From positions 51,026,001 through 51,090,000 of the forward strand of contig NC_043010.1 in the NCBI RefSeq assembly GCF_006345805.1: a stretch of DNA of 64,000 bases. Direction: 5' to 3'. Source of the stretch: Octopus sinensis (taxonomy: Eukaryota). The position numbers were made by a program, and so were the translations under genes. The notes below the pieces were generated by a model. That model made no database searches. It was not told the origin of the DNA and saw nothing but the letters and a program-made list of their open reading frames with translations. Of this stretch, positions 25,529-39,513 are shown one piece after another (positions within the stretch are counted from its first letter, which is position 1; each line of letters begins with the position of its first letter).

Positions 25529-27042
25529 GTAGCTTGCTTCCCAACCACATGGTTCAAGGTTCAGTCCCACTGCATGGCACTTATGCTGTGCCAAAACATC
25601 TCAGACCCTCCATAGAATGTCTGAGCATGTCCCTTAGAGATAGGAAGTGAGGTGACCTGTAGTAGTGAAATGGAAGCATAGCAATATTAGGGTCCGCTGA
25701 AGTAGGCAAGTAGGATGAATCCTGCCCCCCTGAAATAGGTTAGTAGGATGGATCCTGCTGCATAGATGTGGACTGAGAGACGAAATGGAATGGAACAAGA
25801 CTAAATTTTTTTTTGTCCTTTATTGCCCACAAGGGGCCAAACATAGAGAGGACAAACAAAGACAGACAAAGGGATTAAGTCGGTTACATCTACCCCAGTG
25901 CATAACTGGTACTTAATTTATCAACCCTGAAAGGATGAAAGGCAAAGTCGACCTCGGTGGAATTTGAACTCAGAACATAGTGGCAGACGAAATACTGCTA
26001 AGCATTTCGCCTGGCATGCTAACGTTTCTGCCAGCTCGCCGGGAACAAGACTAAACCACTGAGCATAAGATGAGGTTTTATGTGGGATCAACCGAGTGGT
26101 GGAAGTGGAGCAGAATGAAAACAGCAATGGTGTCAGACAATATGTGACCTGTCACTACTGCAGATATTGTGACAAGCTAAAAGAGCTTGCATGTGTAATA
26201 TGATCTGCTGGAAATAGCAACCAATTCTCCCTCAGATCACACCTTTATTTTCTGAAAATATACTATATGCTCCTAAGAAGACAACTTGAATGGATTAAAG
26301 AACAGCTGCATAACAGCAGCAGCAACAATAACAACAACAATAACCCATACATAACAAGTTGACAATATGTGGTCACACAGCTTGCATGAAATAACAGCTA
26401 GTTCTTCTCAAGCTTGCTTCAAAACCATGTGATTCCAGGTTCTTAATTGCTTTATTGAAAGAATGATAATGAGATTTCAAGTTCTCATCAGCCGTCATGT
26501 TTGTGAGTGTATTTTATTTTTAGTCTTAATTTCGATAACATATAAACTTTAAACACAACAGGACAAAGTTTGCAGGTGTAACAGGTGTGTGTGTGTGTGT
26601 GTGTGTGACATATATATATATATATAGGCATGGGTATGGCTGTGTGGGTAAGAAGCTTGTTTCTGAACCATGTGGTTCTGGGTTCAGTACCACTCTGCAG
26701 CACCTTAGGGAAAAGGACACAGTCAATAATGCAGTCCTGGGTGTTATACTGTATCTGAAAATAAGATGGGATCAATAATACCTAAGCTCATAAGTCTACT
26801 CAAGCGGAACAACAACAAAAACAAAACTCATACTATGGAGTCAGATGAGGGTTGGTAGGACAAGAGATTGTGGAGTGAAGTGGAGGGAAGTAAATTTTGT
26901 TTTCTTATAGTGAGTTCAATTCCTGAACTGGGTTGTGTGCAAACTGCATAATCCCTTACAGCTGTTTCAATTCTGACTTTAGAGATTTTAATTGTAATAA
27001 TTAAATGATTATAAAGCAGAATCTCATTGGAGAGTCAGAGAG

Positions 27043-27090
<48 letters not shown>

Positions 27091-27492
27091 TGTGTGTGTG
27101 TATGATTTTTCTTTTATTTTATTTTGTCATTAGACTGTGGCAATGCTGGGGCACTGCCTTGAAGAATTTTATTCAAAAGTATCAACCCTCAGTAGTTATT
27201 TTTTTAAAGCTTGGTACTTATTTTATCAGTCTCTTTTGTTGAACTTCTAAGTTACAGGGACATGAATACCGCATATATATATATGTGTGTGTTTGTGTGT
27301 GTGTGCATGACAGGCTTCTTTTAGTTTCCATCTATCAGATCCAGTCTGAGGCTATAGTAGAAGACAATTTCCCTAGGTGCCATGCAATGGGACTGAACCC
27401 AGAACCATGTGGTAAAGAAGCAAGCTTACCACACAGCCATGCTTATACACACTCACATATCTATCTTTCTATTGATTGTTTTCACTCACTCA

Positions 27493-27531
<39 letters not shown>

Positions 27532-27791
27532 GGAGAAAGAGAGAGAGGGATGGAGAGAGGGGAAATAGATGCCAATTACTTGAAATGTAAATAGCCTTCC
27601 GCTCAAGAAAAAAAGATATATAAATATATGTCCTAGAAATATATACAAATATGTATATAAATTATGTAATGAGTAGATAAGAAACAATGCACTTATCTGG
27701 ATCACTCTCTTTACTGATTGATTAATTTGTTTGAACAGTCATATGTGTTTTGAGAGCAAATGCGAGGGTGGTACTCTGTTTAGTGCTGGAC

Positions 27792-28062
27792 TTTGATATC
27801 TGTTACAACTTAATCACGCATAAAACATTTGTTAATATGCGTGTTACAAACAAAACCAGATCAGTGTCATGAAAGGAAAAAACCAAGCTTGTAATTAAAT
27901 CAGTTCACAAATAGGATTTTGATATCTGTTACAACTTAATCACGCATAAAACATTTGTTAATATGCGTGTTACAAACAAAACCAGATCAGTGTCATAAAA
28001 GGAAAAAAGCAAGCTTGTAATTAAATGAGTTCACAAATAGGATTTTGATATCTGTTACACAG
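27792..28062. repeat. 126-bp tandem duplication (2 copies plus a partial)
   Basis: tttgatatctgttaca at 27792, 27918 and 28044. Confidence 0.9.
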
Positions 28063-28089
28063 GCGTGGTTATTTTGATATCTGTTACAC

Positions 28090-28512
28090 AGCTGTGGGTA
28101 AGAAGTTTGCTTCCCAACCACAAAGTTCTGGGTTCAGTCCCATTGTATGGATGGAACCTTCAGCAAGTGTATGGATAGAACCTTCAGCCTGTTTTGACCA
28201 AAGCTTTGTGAGTGAATCTGATAGATGGGCTGACCAAAGCCTTGTGAGTGGATTTGGTTGACAGAAACTGAAAGAAGCCAATCGTATTTATGTATATATG
28301 TATGTGTGTTTGTGTCTGTGTTTGTCCCCCAACATCGCTTGACAACCAATGCTGGTGTGTTTACACCCCTGTAACTTAGTGGTTCAGCAAAAGAGACTGA
28401 TAGAATAAGTACTAGGCTCACAAAGAATAAGTCCTGGGGTCGATTTGCTCGACTGAAGGCAGTGCTCCAGCATGGCTACAGTCAAATGACTGAAACAAGT
28501 AAAATAGTAAAA
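28090..28512 (+). mobile_element. SINE A with an internal duplication
   Basis: gaccaaagc.ttgtgagtg occurs twice. Confidence 0.85.
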
Positions 28513-28539
28513 GGGTATGGCTGGGACATAAGTTTACTC

Positions 28540-28975
28540 GAAGTAGCCAGTCAGCATCTACATTGGCCTCAAGATAACTCCAGAACCTGGTGCATGTGTT
28601 CTTCACTGTGTCCCTGAGAATGTCTTCAAACACCATGTTGATCTTGACTACCAGCTCAGCCTTGGATGTTGTAGGCAGAGTGGTTGGTGTCTTTCTCAAC
28701 TGTTCCCCCACACATAGTAATCCATGGTATTTATAACTGGGAGAATTAGGAGGCCTGAAACAGCAGGGGCTAGGGGAAGTTATAGAAATCCTCTGACAAT
28801 CAATTCTGACTGGTTCTGGAGTTATAGCAAAGGGCTGAATCCTGACGTCTCATATGCCCATAAAGCAGCAATCCTCTCTGGCCAGGGTTTGACCAGTCTC
28901 CAGCAGTTTCATGTAGCTGTCTGAATTGAACCTGTGCAAAGATGAGGACTGGTATGATGGCCTCAATGTGGTCAA
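28540..28975 (-). pseudogene. Decayed Tc1/mariner transposase (maT/DD37D-like), catalytic and C-terminal part
   Basis: Degenerate QDSA.C, PPNSP..N.MDYYVWG and ...RDTVKNTC.RF...LEA....YFE* motifs. Confidence 0.75.
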
Positions 28976-29009
28976 AATATGCACTATTTTGGCCACATTG
29001 CCGATACTA

Positions 29010-29189
29010 TATTCTTTTACTTGTTTCAGTCATTCAACTGTGGCCATGCTGGAGCACTGCCTTTAGTCAAACAATCGACCCCAGGACTTATTCTTTGTAA
29101 GCCTGGTACTTATTCTATCAACCTCTTTTGCCAAACTGCTAACTCACCAACATCGGTTGTCAAGCAATGGTGAAGAGACAAACACATAC

Positions 29190-29248
<59 letters not shown>

Positions 29249-29405
29249 CGACGGGCTTCTTTCAGTTTCTGTCAACCAAATCCATTCCTAAGGCTTTGGT
29301 CATCCTAAGGCTATAGTAAAAGACATTTGCCCAAAGTGTCACACAGTGGGACTGAACCCAGAACCATGTGGTTTGGTAGCAAGCTTCTTACCACACAGCC
29401 ACTTC
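29010..29405 (-). mobile_element. SINE A
   Basis: Family match. Confidence 0.85.
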
Positions 29406-29879
29406 TGTGCCTATGGTAAATATCACAAACAAACTGCAACCTCTGGGACTTTCTGAATGTAAAATAACCTTGAATTGTTTTTGCAGCACTGCCTGATGAT
29501 GAGTAATGTCTCAAGCAGTCTGCTTCTCAAAAAAGGTTGTCTATGCCTACGGGTAAATTGAAAAATTTCCATTAACTAGAAATATCCAACCAAGCAGTCG
29601 ACAGTACTCCCTCTAATCATGTTTAAAATCTAAAAATAACAAACAAGAGAGATAACTCATACAAAATCAGTTGATTGAAATTTCTTGCTACTGTAGTTAA
29701 TGCAGATTTGATTGGATCTGATCTTTAAACCAACCAGTGGAAGTAGCAAATATGTTTTCTCAGCAATATATATATATATATATCCTATACAGTTATCAAA
29801 CCTAAATATTTATATATTAATCAAAGTGTACAGTATCCATTACAACCGATCTTACCAATCAATTTCTGTAACTGCCAAG

Positions 29880-32200
29880 TCTGAAGAGCATAGGGTTACA
29901 TAACCGGGCTGTTATCTAGGACAAAACTTATAGGTAAGATCGGCCGTAATGGATATATTATACTGTTCTCTTTGATTAATACACCTGCTCCATAGTCAAA
30001 TATAAAAGTGCATACTTTTCTGACTTAAGGATTCTTAGGTGACACATATATAAAAAATCGTTTAAAGAGTCCATAGGCTAGTAAATTATGCACACATGTA
30101 TTTGTCAATATAGTAAATATATTAATCAAAGTCTATAATATTACAGATCCATTTCAGCCGATCAGTTTCGCACTGGGTATTAGATAACCGGAAATTAAAT
30201 AACAGCACGGTCACGTAACTGCACGTCGAGGAGTATATTCCTGGTTTAGTATATAAAACTTGTGAGAAAATTACCGACGGTTGCGCACCGGCTATTGCAC
30301 TTGGTAGGCATGAAACCATCGATAACATTCTGATCAGTTATATATGCCATAAGCAGGAATATACTGCTTGCTAATATAAAAATATAATCGCCACTATTTT
30401 TCTTTTAGAGTGTGTTTTCGTTCGGACTTATGGACAACTAACTGTTAACACACACACACATGTATAATGACGTTGAATGTGGATACCAACAATGTTACAC
30501 TAATAGTATTTATCTACTAGTTTAGCAAAGTGATATTTCGATGGGAGGATTCTTGTAACAATTTCGGTTTAAGGATATGTACGGCTCTACAGATCCAATC
30601 GATTAAAAATAGAATACAAGTCCGCGAAATATATATCGGAGTAGTTGTCATGAGACTCTTATAAATACGAGTTCATTCACAGACACACACACACGCACAT
30701 ACAGAGTAAATGTAGAGTATATTCAAGTAGACTAAGTTCTCTCTATAGTTATCTATATGCATGTGTGCTCGTCATAGACGTATATGTTTGTGCCGATGCC
30801 AAAAGACATACCTTGAATTAGACAATATTTGGCGGTAAAATCCCAATAAAATCCCAACAAAATCAGGTGAAATATAATAACAAGAAGTTTTCCCCCTTCT
30901 TTTCTTAAAAGTTTACTATTAATTAGGCCAAAGGGCTATCAACAAATTCCGGTGTGGCAACCTAGATATGTGGAATAAAATGTGTGTTGTTTCTTATATA
31001 AACATGAACTATTCAAAATTTACGGGAGGGTAAATGGCAACTTGTGCTGTGACGTTCGTGCATTTTGTAAGATAGTTTTTTTATTATTTTATTTTTACAG
31101 TAGGCACAAGGATTGGAATTTTTCAAGTAACTCTAATGTTCAACTAATACTTATTTTATCGACCCCGAAATAACGAAAGGCAAAGTTGACCACGACGGAT
31201 TTGAATTCAGATAGTAAAGAGTCGGAAGAAATACCTATTCTTTATTACCCACAAGGGGCTAAACATAGAGGGGACAAACAAGGACAGACATAGGTATTAA
31301 GTCGATTACATCGACCCCAGTGCGTAACTGGTACTTAATTTATCGACCCCGAAAGGATGAAATTTGAACTCAGAACGCAACGGTAGACGAAATACCGCTA
31401 AGCATTTCGCCCGGCGCGCTAACGTTAAGCATTTTGTCTGACGTGCTGACGATTTCGTCAGCTCCCCGCCTTATTTCGTAGGAACACTAACAGTGTACAA
31501 GTCATGGTTCCAACAGAGACGGGAAACTAGCACACCACTTATAGTCACATTCATCACATTATAGTCTTCATAACATCATAGTCTCGTCAGCATCTCTCAT
31601 GTCATGATCATCGTTGTCATCGCCGATGACCTTTCTTTTTTACTGTTCTAATCGAGCAGACCAAAAATAAAGGTTGTCTACCATTGACCACGCCGTCTTT
31701 TATTCAGAAAATGTACCTACGACTACATTATTCGATGTCTTTATTTTCCCACGATGGTAGAGTATGAGTGGAAGATTTAGCTGCTATTTCTTACAGGTAG
31801 CTTGATTGCGTAGAGGTTGCTTTGTTCGTTTGTCTTCCAGTAAGTTGGTTGTACAGGCCCGTAATACTTAATTTAATTTGTTTATGATGTATTAAACATC
31901 AAAGTTCCCCAATCTGATCTAACATTATTTTACAGAGTTTTCCTTGCTCAGATGCACATCTGGAACACGTATTGTCTACCACCTATTCACTACACTTTTC
32001 ACCCACTTTGTTGCTATGACAGAAGTCAAAAGCAAGTTCTAAATCTTTGAGATAATCCATCAAAGGAACCAATTCGCAGTCGCTGAACCGGCATAGCAGC
32101 CAAAATTTATCCCAAATCACACTCACCTATTGTATATGTTCAACAGGGTGCACACAAATTAAAATTTGAAAGAAAAAAAAAAGACATGATGGTCGCAGCT
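29880..32200. promoter_or_regulatory. CpG-retaining, largely unique region; candidate promoter or unmethylated island
   Basis: CpG is visibly more frequent than in the flanks, in both unique DNA and SINEs. Not quantified. Confidence 0.35.
31113..31470 (-). mobile_element. SINE B copies, CpG-intact
   Basis: Family match. Confidence 0.8.
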
Positions 32201-32534
32201 GAGATGCCTTTGAGCATAAGATTGTGCGGCCATTGCTGATCTGGGATTAAATAGCTAAAGCAACAACTTGTGACTCAGTGGGCTTCATTTATTCACATTA
32301 AATGTCCACACCAATTGTATAGTTAGTACACTAACATAGTGTGACGCTTTGGGTAAATATCTTCTTCTTCATCATCATCATACTCTAACATCCGTTTTCC
32401 ATGCTGGTATGGGTTGGACGGTTTGACAAGCTGCACCAGGCTCCAATTGTCTTTTTTGGCATGGTTTCTATGGCTTGATGCTGCTCCTAACACCAACCAT
32501 TTTACAGAGTGTACTGGGTGCTTTTTACAAAACA

Positions 32535-32580
<46 letters not shown>

Positions 32581-32850
32581 TATAACCGTCCTCTATGGTA
32601 GAAGTGTTAAGGCTGCTTCCCTGGTGAAGAGGATTGGCCTACAAGAGTCATGTGCCAGCGCTATATAGAAGCACTCATGCTGGTGGCAGAGTAAAAGCAC
32701 CCAGCACATAATGTAAATTTGTTGACATTAGGAAGGGCATCCAGCTGTAGAAACCAAGTCAAATTAGACTGGAACCTGGTGCAGCTTTCTAGCTCGCCAG
32801 CTCTGGTCAAACCGTCCAATCCAACAATGAACGCTATTGAGAAAGTGGTA

Positions 32851-33257
32851 CTCTTTTTTACTCTTTTTACTTGTTTCAGCCATTTGACTGCAGCCATGCC
32901 AGAGCACCGCCTTTAGTCGAGCAAATCGACCCCAGGACTTATTCTCTGCAAGCCTAGTACTTATTCTATCGGTGTTTTTTGCCGAACTGCTAAGTTACAA
33001 GGACATAAACACACCAGCATTGGTTGTCAAGCGATGTTGCCGGGACAAATACAGACACACAAACATACACACACATACATATATATATATACATATATAC
33101 GACGGACTTCTTTCAGTTTCTGTCTACCAAATCCACTCACAAGGCTTTGGTCAGCCCGAGGCTATAGTAGGAGACACTTGCCCAAGGTGCCATGCAGTGG
33201 GATTGAACCCGGAACCATGTGATTGGTAAGCAAGCTAATTACCACACAGCCACCCCT
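32851..33257 (-). mobile_element. SINE A
   Basis: Family match. Confidence 0.9.
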
Positions 33258-33458
33258 GCGCCTTATTCAATGGTTGCTTTACAACATAACCATTGAATAA
33301 GTAATAACATTTTCAATTGTTAATAGTTCAAAACCCATTTTTTTCTATTTATACGAGTACACCATTTCATTACTGTTATTTTGTAAACCTAGGATGGTAT
33401 TTTTTTGTTTCCTTTTTAGAATCCCAGTTGGTTACAAATATCTAATTTAAAAATAAAT

Positions 33459-33668
33459 ATGGAACAGATTTTATCAGAGAAAGGATGCAAGCACATTTTA
33501 TTAAATGGATTTTGCTATCGTTTAGATGGAAAACTTCAAAATGGAAGAGAGTTTTGGCGTTGTGCTGAAGACAAATGCAAAGTCTGTATCCATGTTAATG
33601 GAAGTTTATGGGAAGATGTCATGGGGCATAGTCATGTGTCACAGCCAGCAAGATCAGTAAGGAAGTAA
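33459..33668 (+). CDS. FLYWCH-type zinc-finger ORF, probably Mutator (MULE)-derived
   Basis: SEKG...L..G..YR...W.C....C.......H.H pattern in an intact 69-aa ORF. Acceptor-like site at 33419, donor-like TCA|GTAAGG at 33656, and GAATTGTC x3 at 33716-33756 resembling MULE subterminal repeats. Confidence 0.6.
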   Translation: MEQILSEKGCKHILLNGFCYRLDGKLQNGREFWRCAEDKCKVCIHVNGSLWEDVMGHSHVSQPARSVRK

Positions 33669-34119
33669 ATGCTTTCAAATATTCGTAATGAGGTCTCGAG
33701 AAGAATGATCCAAGAGAATTGTCTTTGTGCTGAATTGTCATGTGCAGAATTGTCAGGGTGCCACACTTATACATCTATATCTTTCCTGAGTAATATGGAG
33801 CTTCTATATCAGTCATGGTCAAACCACAGCCCAGTGGAGGTGCCATGGCCCAGTGGTTAGGGCAGCAGACTTGTGGTCATAAGAACGTGGTTTCGATTCC
33901 CAGACGAGGCATTGTGAGTGTTTATTGAGCAAAAACACCTAAGCTCCACAAGGCTCCAGCGGTGTGTGTGTGGGGGGGGGGAGAAGAAGAAGAAGAACTG
34001 TCTTGCCAGCCATGAATGTAATGAAATACTAGAGATGCAAACAAGAGGGACCTTTGACCTTTCAGCTGGAATTATGGTACTTATTGATGTCAGTGTCAAT
34101 CAAGTGTAACTCTTTACAG

Positions 34120-34798
34120 ATACAAGCTTGAAAAACAAAAAAAAAACAACAAAAACAAAAACATAGATGCAAAACAAAACCCAAAAATTGATAAAGGAAA
34201 TAATCAATATCTTGCTTCCTCAACCACCGACACCACTCCCAATACCAGCACCACTGCTGCTGCTGTCCCTGCTGCTGTCTCTGCTGCTGCTGCTGCCAGT
34301 GAGAAGGGGATGCCAATGCTGCCACCACCACCACCTCCATCACCACTGCCAGATTGCCTCCGCTGCTACCTCTGTTGCCACCACCAATGTCATTATCTGA
34401 GCCCACCCTTGCCACCACCACCACCACCACCATCAGCAGCAGCTGCAGCAACAACAACAACAGCAACACTGCCACCATCCACAACCACCACCATTGCTGC
34501 TGATACCACCAGCACTGCCACCATCACCACCATCACCATAACCACCACAACCACAACCACGACAACGACTGCCACCACCACCACCACCACCAAAACCACC
34601 ACCACCAAAACCACCACCACCACAACCACCACCACCACCACCACCACCACCACCACCACCACTGCCACCTTCACAAAGAAGGAAAACAACAGAATTACTA
34701 TGTGGCTACTAATGCCAGATCTTCTAAAAATAGAAGTTAGACTCCCTAAAATACTGCATCTTCATAAAAAGATGGAGAGAAAAAATTTGATAATCTAG
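34120..34798 (+). CDS. Possible low-complexity exon (K/N-rich, then T/A-, P- and T-rich)
   Basis: Acceptor ctctttacAG. The frame is open for 679 nt, including non-triplet segments at both ends, but most of it is (ACC)/(GCT) triplet repeat. Confidence 0.25.
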
Positions 34799-35319
34799 TA
34801 AAAAAGAAAAAAAAACTCTTCATAAATACATAAAATACATACAGAAAAATACATTAAAAAATACACTATATTTAGAAATACAAAATTCATTATAACTACA
34901 AAAATCAAAAACAAAAAACAAACAAACAAACATATGGAATGGTCTTGGTTGCTTGCTTCTTTTTATCGTAGGACTGCTTAATCAGGACTGCCTTAGGGTT
35001 AACAACAACAACAACAACAACAAATAAAGACAACTTTTTTTCTATTTAAGGTACAAAAAGGAAATGTAATATTCACAGTTTTTCCAGTGTAGGAAAGAAA
35101 TACATTCTAAAAAAAATCAATCAACCAATATCTATCTATCTGTGTGCGTGTGTGTGTGTGTGTGTGTGAGAGAGAGAAGCAGGTGGGAAAGGAATAAATG
35201 ATTATCTTATGAACTTCATTACCTTAAAGCTGTTTCTGCTACAAGCTGAGTGCCTGAGTAAACACAGTATAGCTTCATCAGAGCTACAGACATGAAGTAT
35301 ATATATATATATATATATT

Positions 35320-36396
35320 AGCCTTGGCAAAGTTCAGAGAGCTCTTACCTCTGTTGGTGACAAAGGGCTTCTCGCTCGGAGTGAAAGGTAGACTGTATGA
35401 CACGTGTGTACGACCAGCCATGCTACATGGCAGTGAAACATGGGCCGTGACTGTTGAGGACATGTATAAGCTTGCAAGGAATGAAGCCAGTATGCTCCGC
35501 TGGATGTGTAATGTCAGTGTGCATACTCAACAGAGTGTAAGTACCTTGAGAGAAAAGTTGGACTGAAGAAGCATCAGATGTGGAGTGCAAGAGAGATGAC
35601 TGTGGTGGTATGGTCATGTGGCAAGAATGGATGAGGATAGCTGTGTGAAAAAGTGCCACACCCTAGCGGCTGAGGGAACCTGTGGAAGAGGTAGGCCCTG
35701 GAAGGCCTGGGAAGAGGTGGTGAAGCACAACCTTCGAACATTAGGCCTCACCAAGGCAATGACTTGTGACTGAGACCTTTGGAAATATGCAGTGCGTGAG
35801 AAGACTCAGCAAGCCAAGTGAGATCATAACCCGTAGCCTATACCAGGGGTGTAACAAGCCCACTTATGCATACCTTTCCTTCATTGGACACTAAATTCTG
35901 CTTGCGAAGACCTGTTGAAGCAAGTGAAATCAAAATTGAACCTATTTGTTGACTGGTACCTGTGCCAGTAGAGTGCTAAAAGTAGAGAGCATGATCGTTG
36001 CCAGAGCAGCTGACTGGCTTCTGTGCCGGTGGCACATAAAAATGACGGTGGCACATAAAAATGATGGGGGCATGTAAAAATGCCGGTGGCACATGAAAAG
36101 ACATTCAAGCGAGGTCGTTGCCAGTGCTTCTGGACTGGCTCCTGTGCAGGTGGCACGTAAAAAACACCATTTGAGCATGGCCATTGTCAGTACCGCCTGA
36201 CTGGCCCTTGTGCCAGTGGCACGTAAAAACATCCACTACACTCTTGGGGTTGTTGGCATTAGGAAGGGTATCCAGCTGTAGAAACTCTGCCAGATCAGAT
36301 TGGAGCCTGGTGCAGCCATCTGGTTCACCAGTCCTAAGTCAAACCATTCAACTCATGCCAGCATGGTAAGTGGATGTTAAATGATGATGATGATGA
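35320..36396 (+). mobile_element. 3' part of an RTE LINE, related subfamily
   Basis: AKFRELLPLLVTKG...LHGSETWAVT...ASMLRWMCNV is homologous to 10430-10700. Same UTR architecture and (GAT)n tail. Confidence 0.9.
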
Positions 36397-37012
36397 TACA
36401 AGTGTAAAATTTGGTGGGAGATTCCATGTGTAGATATAGTAGACAACACTTAGTGTCTTCTACCATAATAAAAGTCCAAGGTGCCACACAGTGGGACTGA
36501 ACCCAAAACCATATGGTCCGATAGTAAACTTCTTACCACACAGCCATGCCCGTGCCAATATTGTGCTTATGTGTGCTGGAAAGCCGGCAGAAATGTTAGC
36601 ATGCCGGGTAAAATGCTTAGTGGTATTTCGTCTGTCTTTACGTTCTGAGATCAAATTCCGCTAAGGTCGACTTTGCCCTTTATCCTTTTGGGGGCGATAA
36701 ATTAAGTACCCGTTGCGTACTGGGGTCGACCTAATCGATTGGCCCCCTCCACCAAACTATCGGGCCTTGTAACTAGAGTAGAAAAGAATATTGTGCTTAT
36801 GTACAGTTAAATATATATGATTTTAAAGGATAATGTCAAGTTACACTTGAAATCATTGCTGACATTTCAAATGTTCAATGATAATATTTTAAAAAATTAT
36901 AACCATAATAAATATGAGAAGAGGAGAAAATAAATGAAGCGTGACACATTAAAAATATAATTTTTCAATTGGTTGGGTTCAAATGGAAAACAAAATACCA
37001 TTAATAGGCATA

Positions 37013-37400
37013 GGAGTGGCTGTGTGGTAAGTAGCTTGCTTACGAGCCACATGGTTCCAGGTTCAGTCCCACTGCGTGGTACCTTGGGCGAGTGTCTTCT
37101 ACTATAACCTCGGGCCGACCAAAGCCTTGTGAGTGGATTTGGTAGACGGAAACTGAAAGAAGCCTATGGTATATATGTATGTGTGTGTATATGTTTGTGT
37201 GTCTGTGTCCCCACCAACATCGTTTGATAACTGATGCTGGTATGTTTACATCCCCGTAACTTAGCGGTTCGGCCTAAGAGACTGATAGAATAAGTACTAG
37301 GCTTACAAAGAATAAGTCCTGGGGTCGATTTGCTCGACTAAAGGCAGTGCTCCAGCATGGCCACAGTGACAAGACTGAAACAAGTAAAAGAGTAAAGAGT
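37013..37400 (+). mobile_element. SINE A, full length
   Basis: Family match. Confidence 0.9.
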
Positions 37401-37691
37401 ATAGATGTTTTCTTTTTTTTGGCAATTTTAATGTTGTCACAGGTGTTATGTGGACACAGGTAGGTGTGATGTAGATTTGGTGTGGGTGCAGACGTGGTGT
37501 GGGTACAGGGTGGGTGGAGGTAAGAAATTTGCTGCCCAACCACATGATGATGACGTTGGTTTACAGCAATTGTGTGATGTCAAGACAGAGAGACACCAAC
37601 GCACATACACATGCACACTCACGCACACATACACACACATGCATGCATACTCACTCTCACACACATGCACACTAACACACATATGCATGCA

Positions 37692-37722
<31 letters not shown>

Positions 37723-38421
37723 GCATGCACTCTCTCTCTCACACACATACAAACACATACATACATACTCTCTCAGACACACAAACACACGCACAGGTAT
37801 GCACACACGCTCTCTCTCTCTCTCTTTCACATACACACAAACACACACACATGTATGCCCATCCCCTCTCTCTTTCACACACATGCATACACTTACACAC
37901 ATGCACACTCACACGTGTACATACATACATGCACACCACATACACAAACACACATTTGCATACACATATGTATGCATTCCTCTCTCACACACATGCACAC
38001 ACACACACAGACACACAAACGCACACACATGCATGCAAACTCTCTCTCTCTCACACACACATGTATACTCACACATACATAATACTCACTCTCACACATC
38101 CATACACTCACACACATGCACACTCACACATCTACACACACACAAACACAAACATACACACACTCTCTCTCACACACATATGCACACACACTCACATGCA
38201 CACACACACACACACACAGTGCATAAAGTCAGGAGGCATAAGAAGTGAAGAGTTATTTGTCCATATGACTTCAATATGATTACGGCCATTTTGGAACCTT
38301 CTTCATACAGTATTCATTTTAGCATCCAAGAAATTATGTGTACATATTTGCATCAATACGTATGCGTTGGGCCTCATGGGGGCAAGGTGGGCGATACTGG
38401 TGGCATGTGAAAAGCTCTTTT

Positions 38422-39513
38422 GGATCTTTTCGGTTTGAACGGTAGTTTTTTAAGATAATTTCCAGATCTTTTCGGTTTGAAAGGCAGTTTTTAAAAATAA
38501 TTTCCAGATCTTTTCAGTTTGAAAGGCAGTTTTTTAAGATAATTTCCAGATCTTTTCGGTTTGAAAGGCAGTTTTTAAAAATAATTTCCAGATCTTTTCA
38601 GTTTGAAAGGCAGTTTTTAAAAATAATTTCCAGATCTTTTCGGTTTGAAAGGCAGTTTTTTAAGATAATTTCCAGATCTTTTCGGTTTGAAAGGCAGTTT
38701 TTAAAAATAATTTCCAGATCTTTTCAGTTTGAAAGGCAGTTTTTAAAAATAATTTCCAGATCTTTTCGGTTTGAACGGTAGTTTTTTAAGATAATTTCCA
38801 GATCTTTTCGGTTTGAAAGGCAGTTTTTAAAAATAATTTCCAGATCTTTTCAGTTTGAAAGGCAGTTTTTAAAAATAATTTCCAGATCTTTTCGGTTTGA
38901 ACAGTAGTTTTTTAAGATAATTTCCAGATCTTTTCGGTTTGAAAGGCAGTTTTTTAAAATAATTTCCAGATCTTTTCGGTTTGAAAGGCAGTTTTTTAAA
39001 ATAATTTCCAGATCTTTTCGGTTTGAAAGGCAGTTTTTTAAGATAATTTCCAGATCTTTTCGGTTTGAAAGGCAGTTTTTAAAAATAATTTCCAGATCTT
39101 TTCAGTTTGAAAGGCAGTTTTTAAAAATAATTTCCAGATCTTTTCGGTTTGAAAGGCAGTTTTTTAAGATAATTTCCAGATCTTTTCGGTTTGAAAGGCA
39201 GTTTTTTAAAATAATTTCCAGATCTTTTCAGTTTGAAAGGCAGTTTTTAAAAATAATTTCCAGATCTTTTCGGTTTGAAAGGCAGTTTTTTAAGATAATT
39301 TCCAGATCTTTTCAGTTTGAAAGGCAGTTTTTAAAAATAATTTCCAGATCTTTTCGGTTTGAAAGGCAGTTTTTTAAGATAATTTCCAGATCTTTTCGGT
39401 TTGAACGGTAGTTTTTTAAGATAATTTCCAGATCTTTTCGGTTTGAACAGTAGTTTTTTAAGATAATTTCCAGATCTTTTCGGTTTGAAAGGCAGTTTTT
39501 AAAAATAATTTCC
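38422..39513. repeat. Minisatellite of 26 x 42 bp, each unit containing the TIR
   Basis: GATCTTTT recurs with a period of about 42 bp from 38423 to 39473. Confidence 0.95.

Noticed and set aside
38422-39513. CRISPR-like regular array
   Set aside because: Units are contiguous with no unique spacers, the context is eukaryotic, and there are no cas genes.
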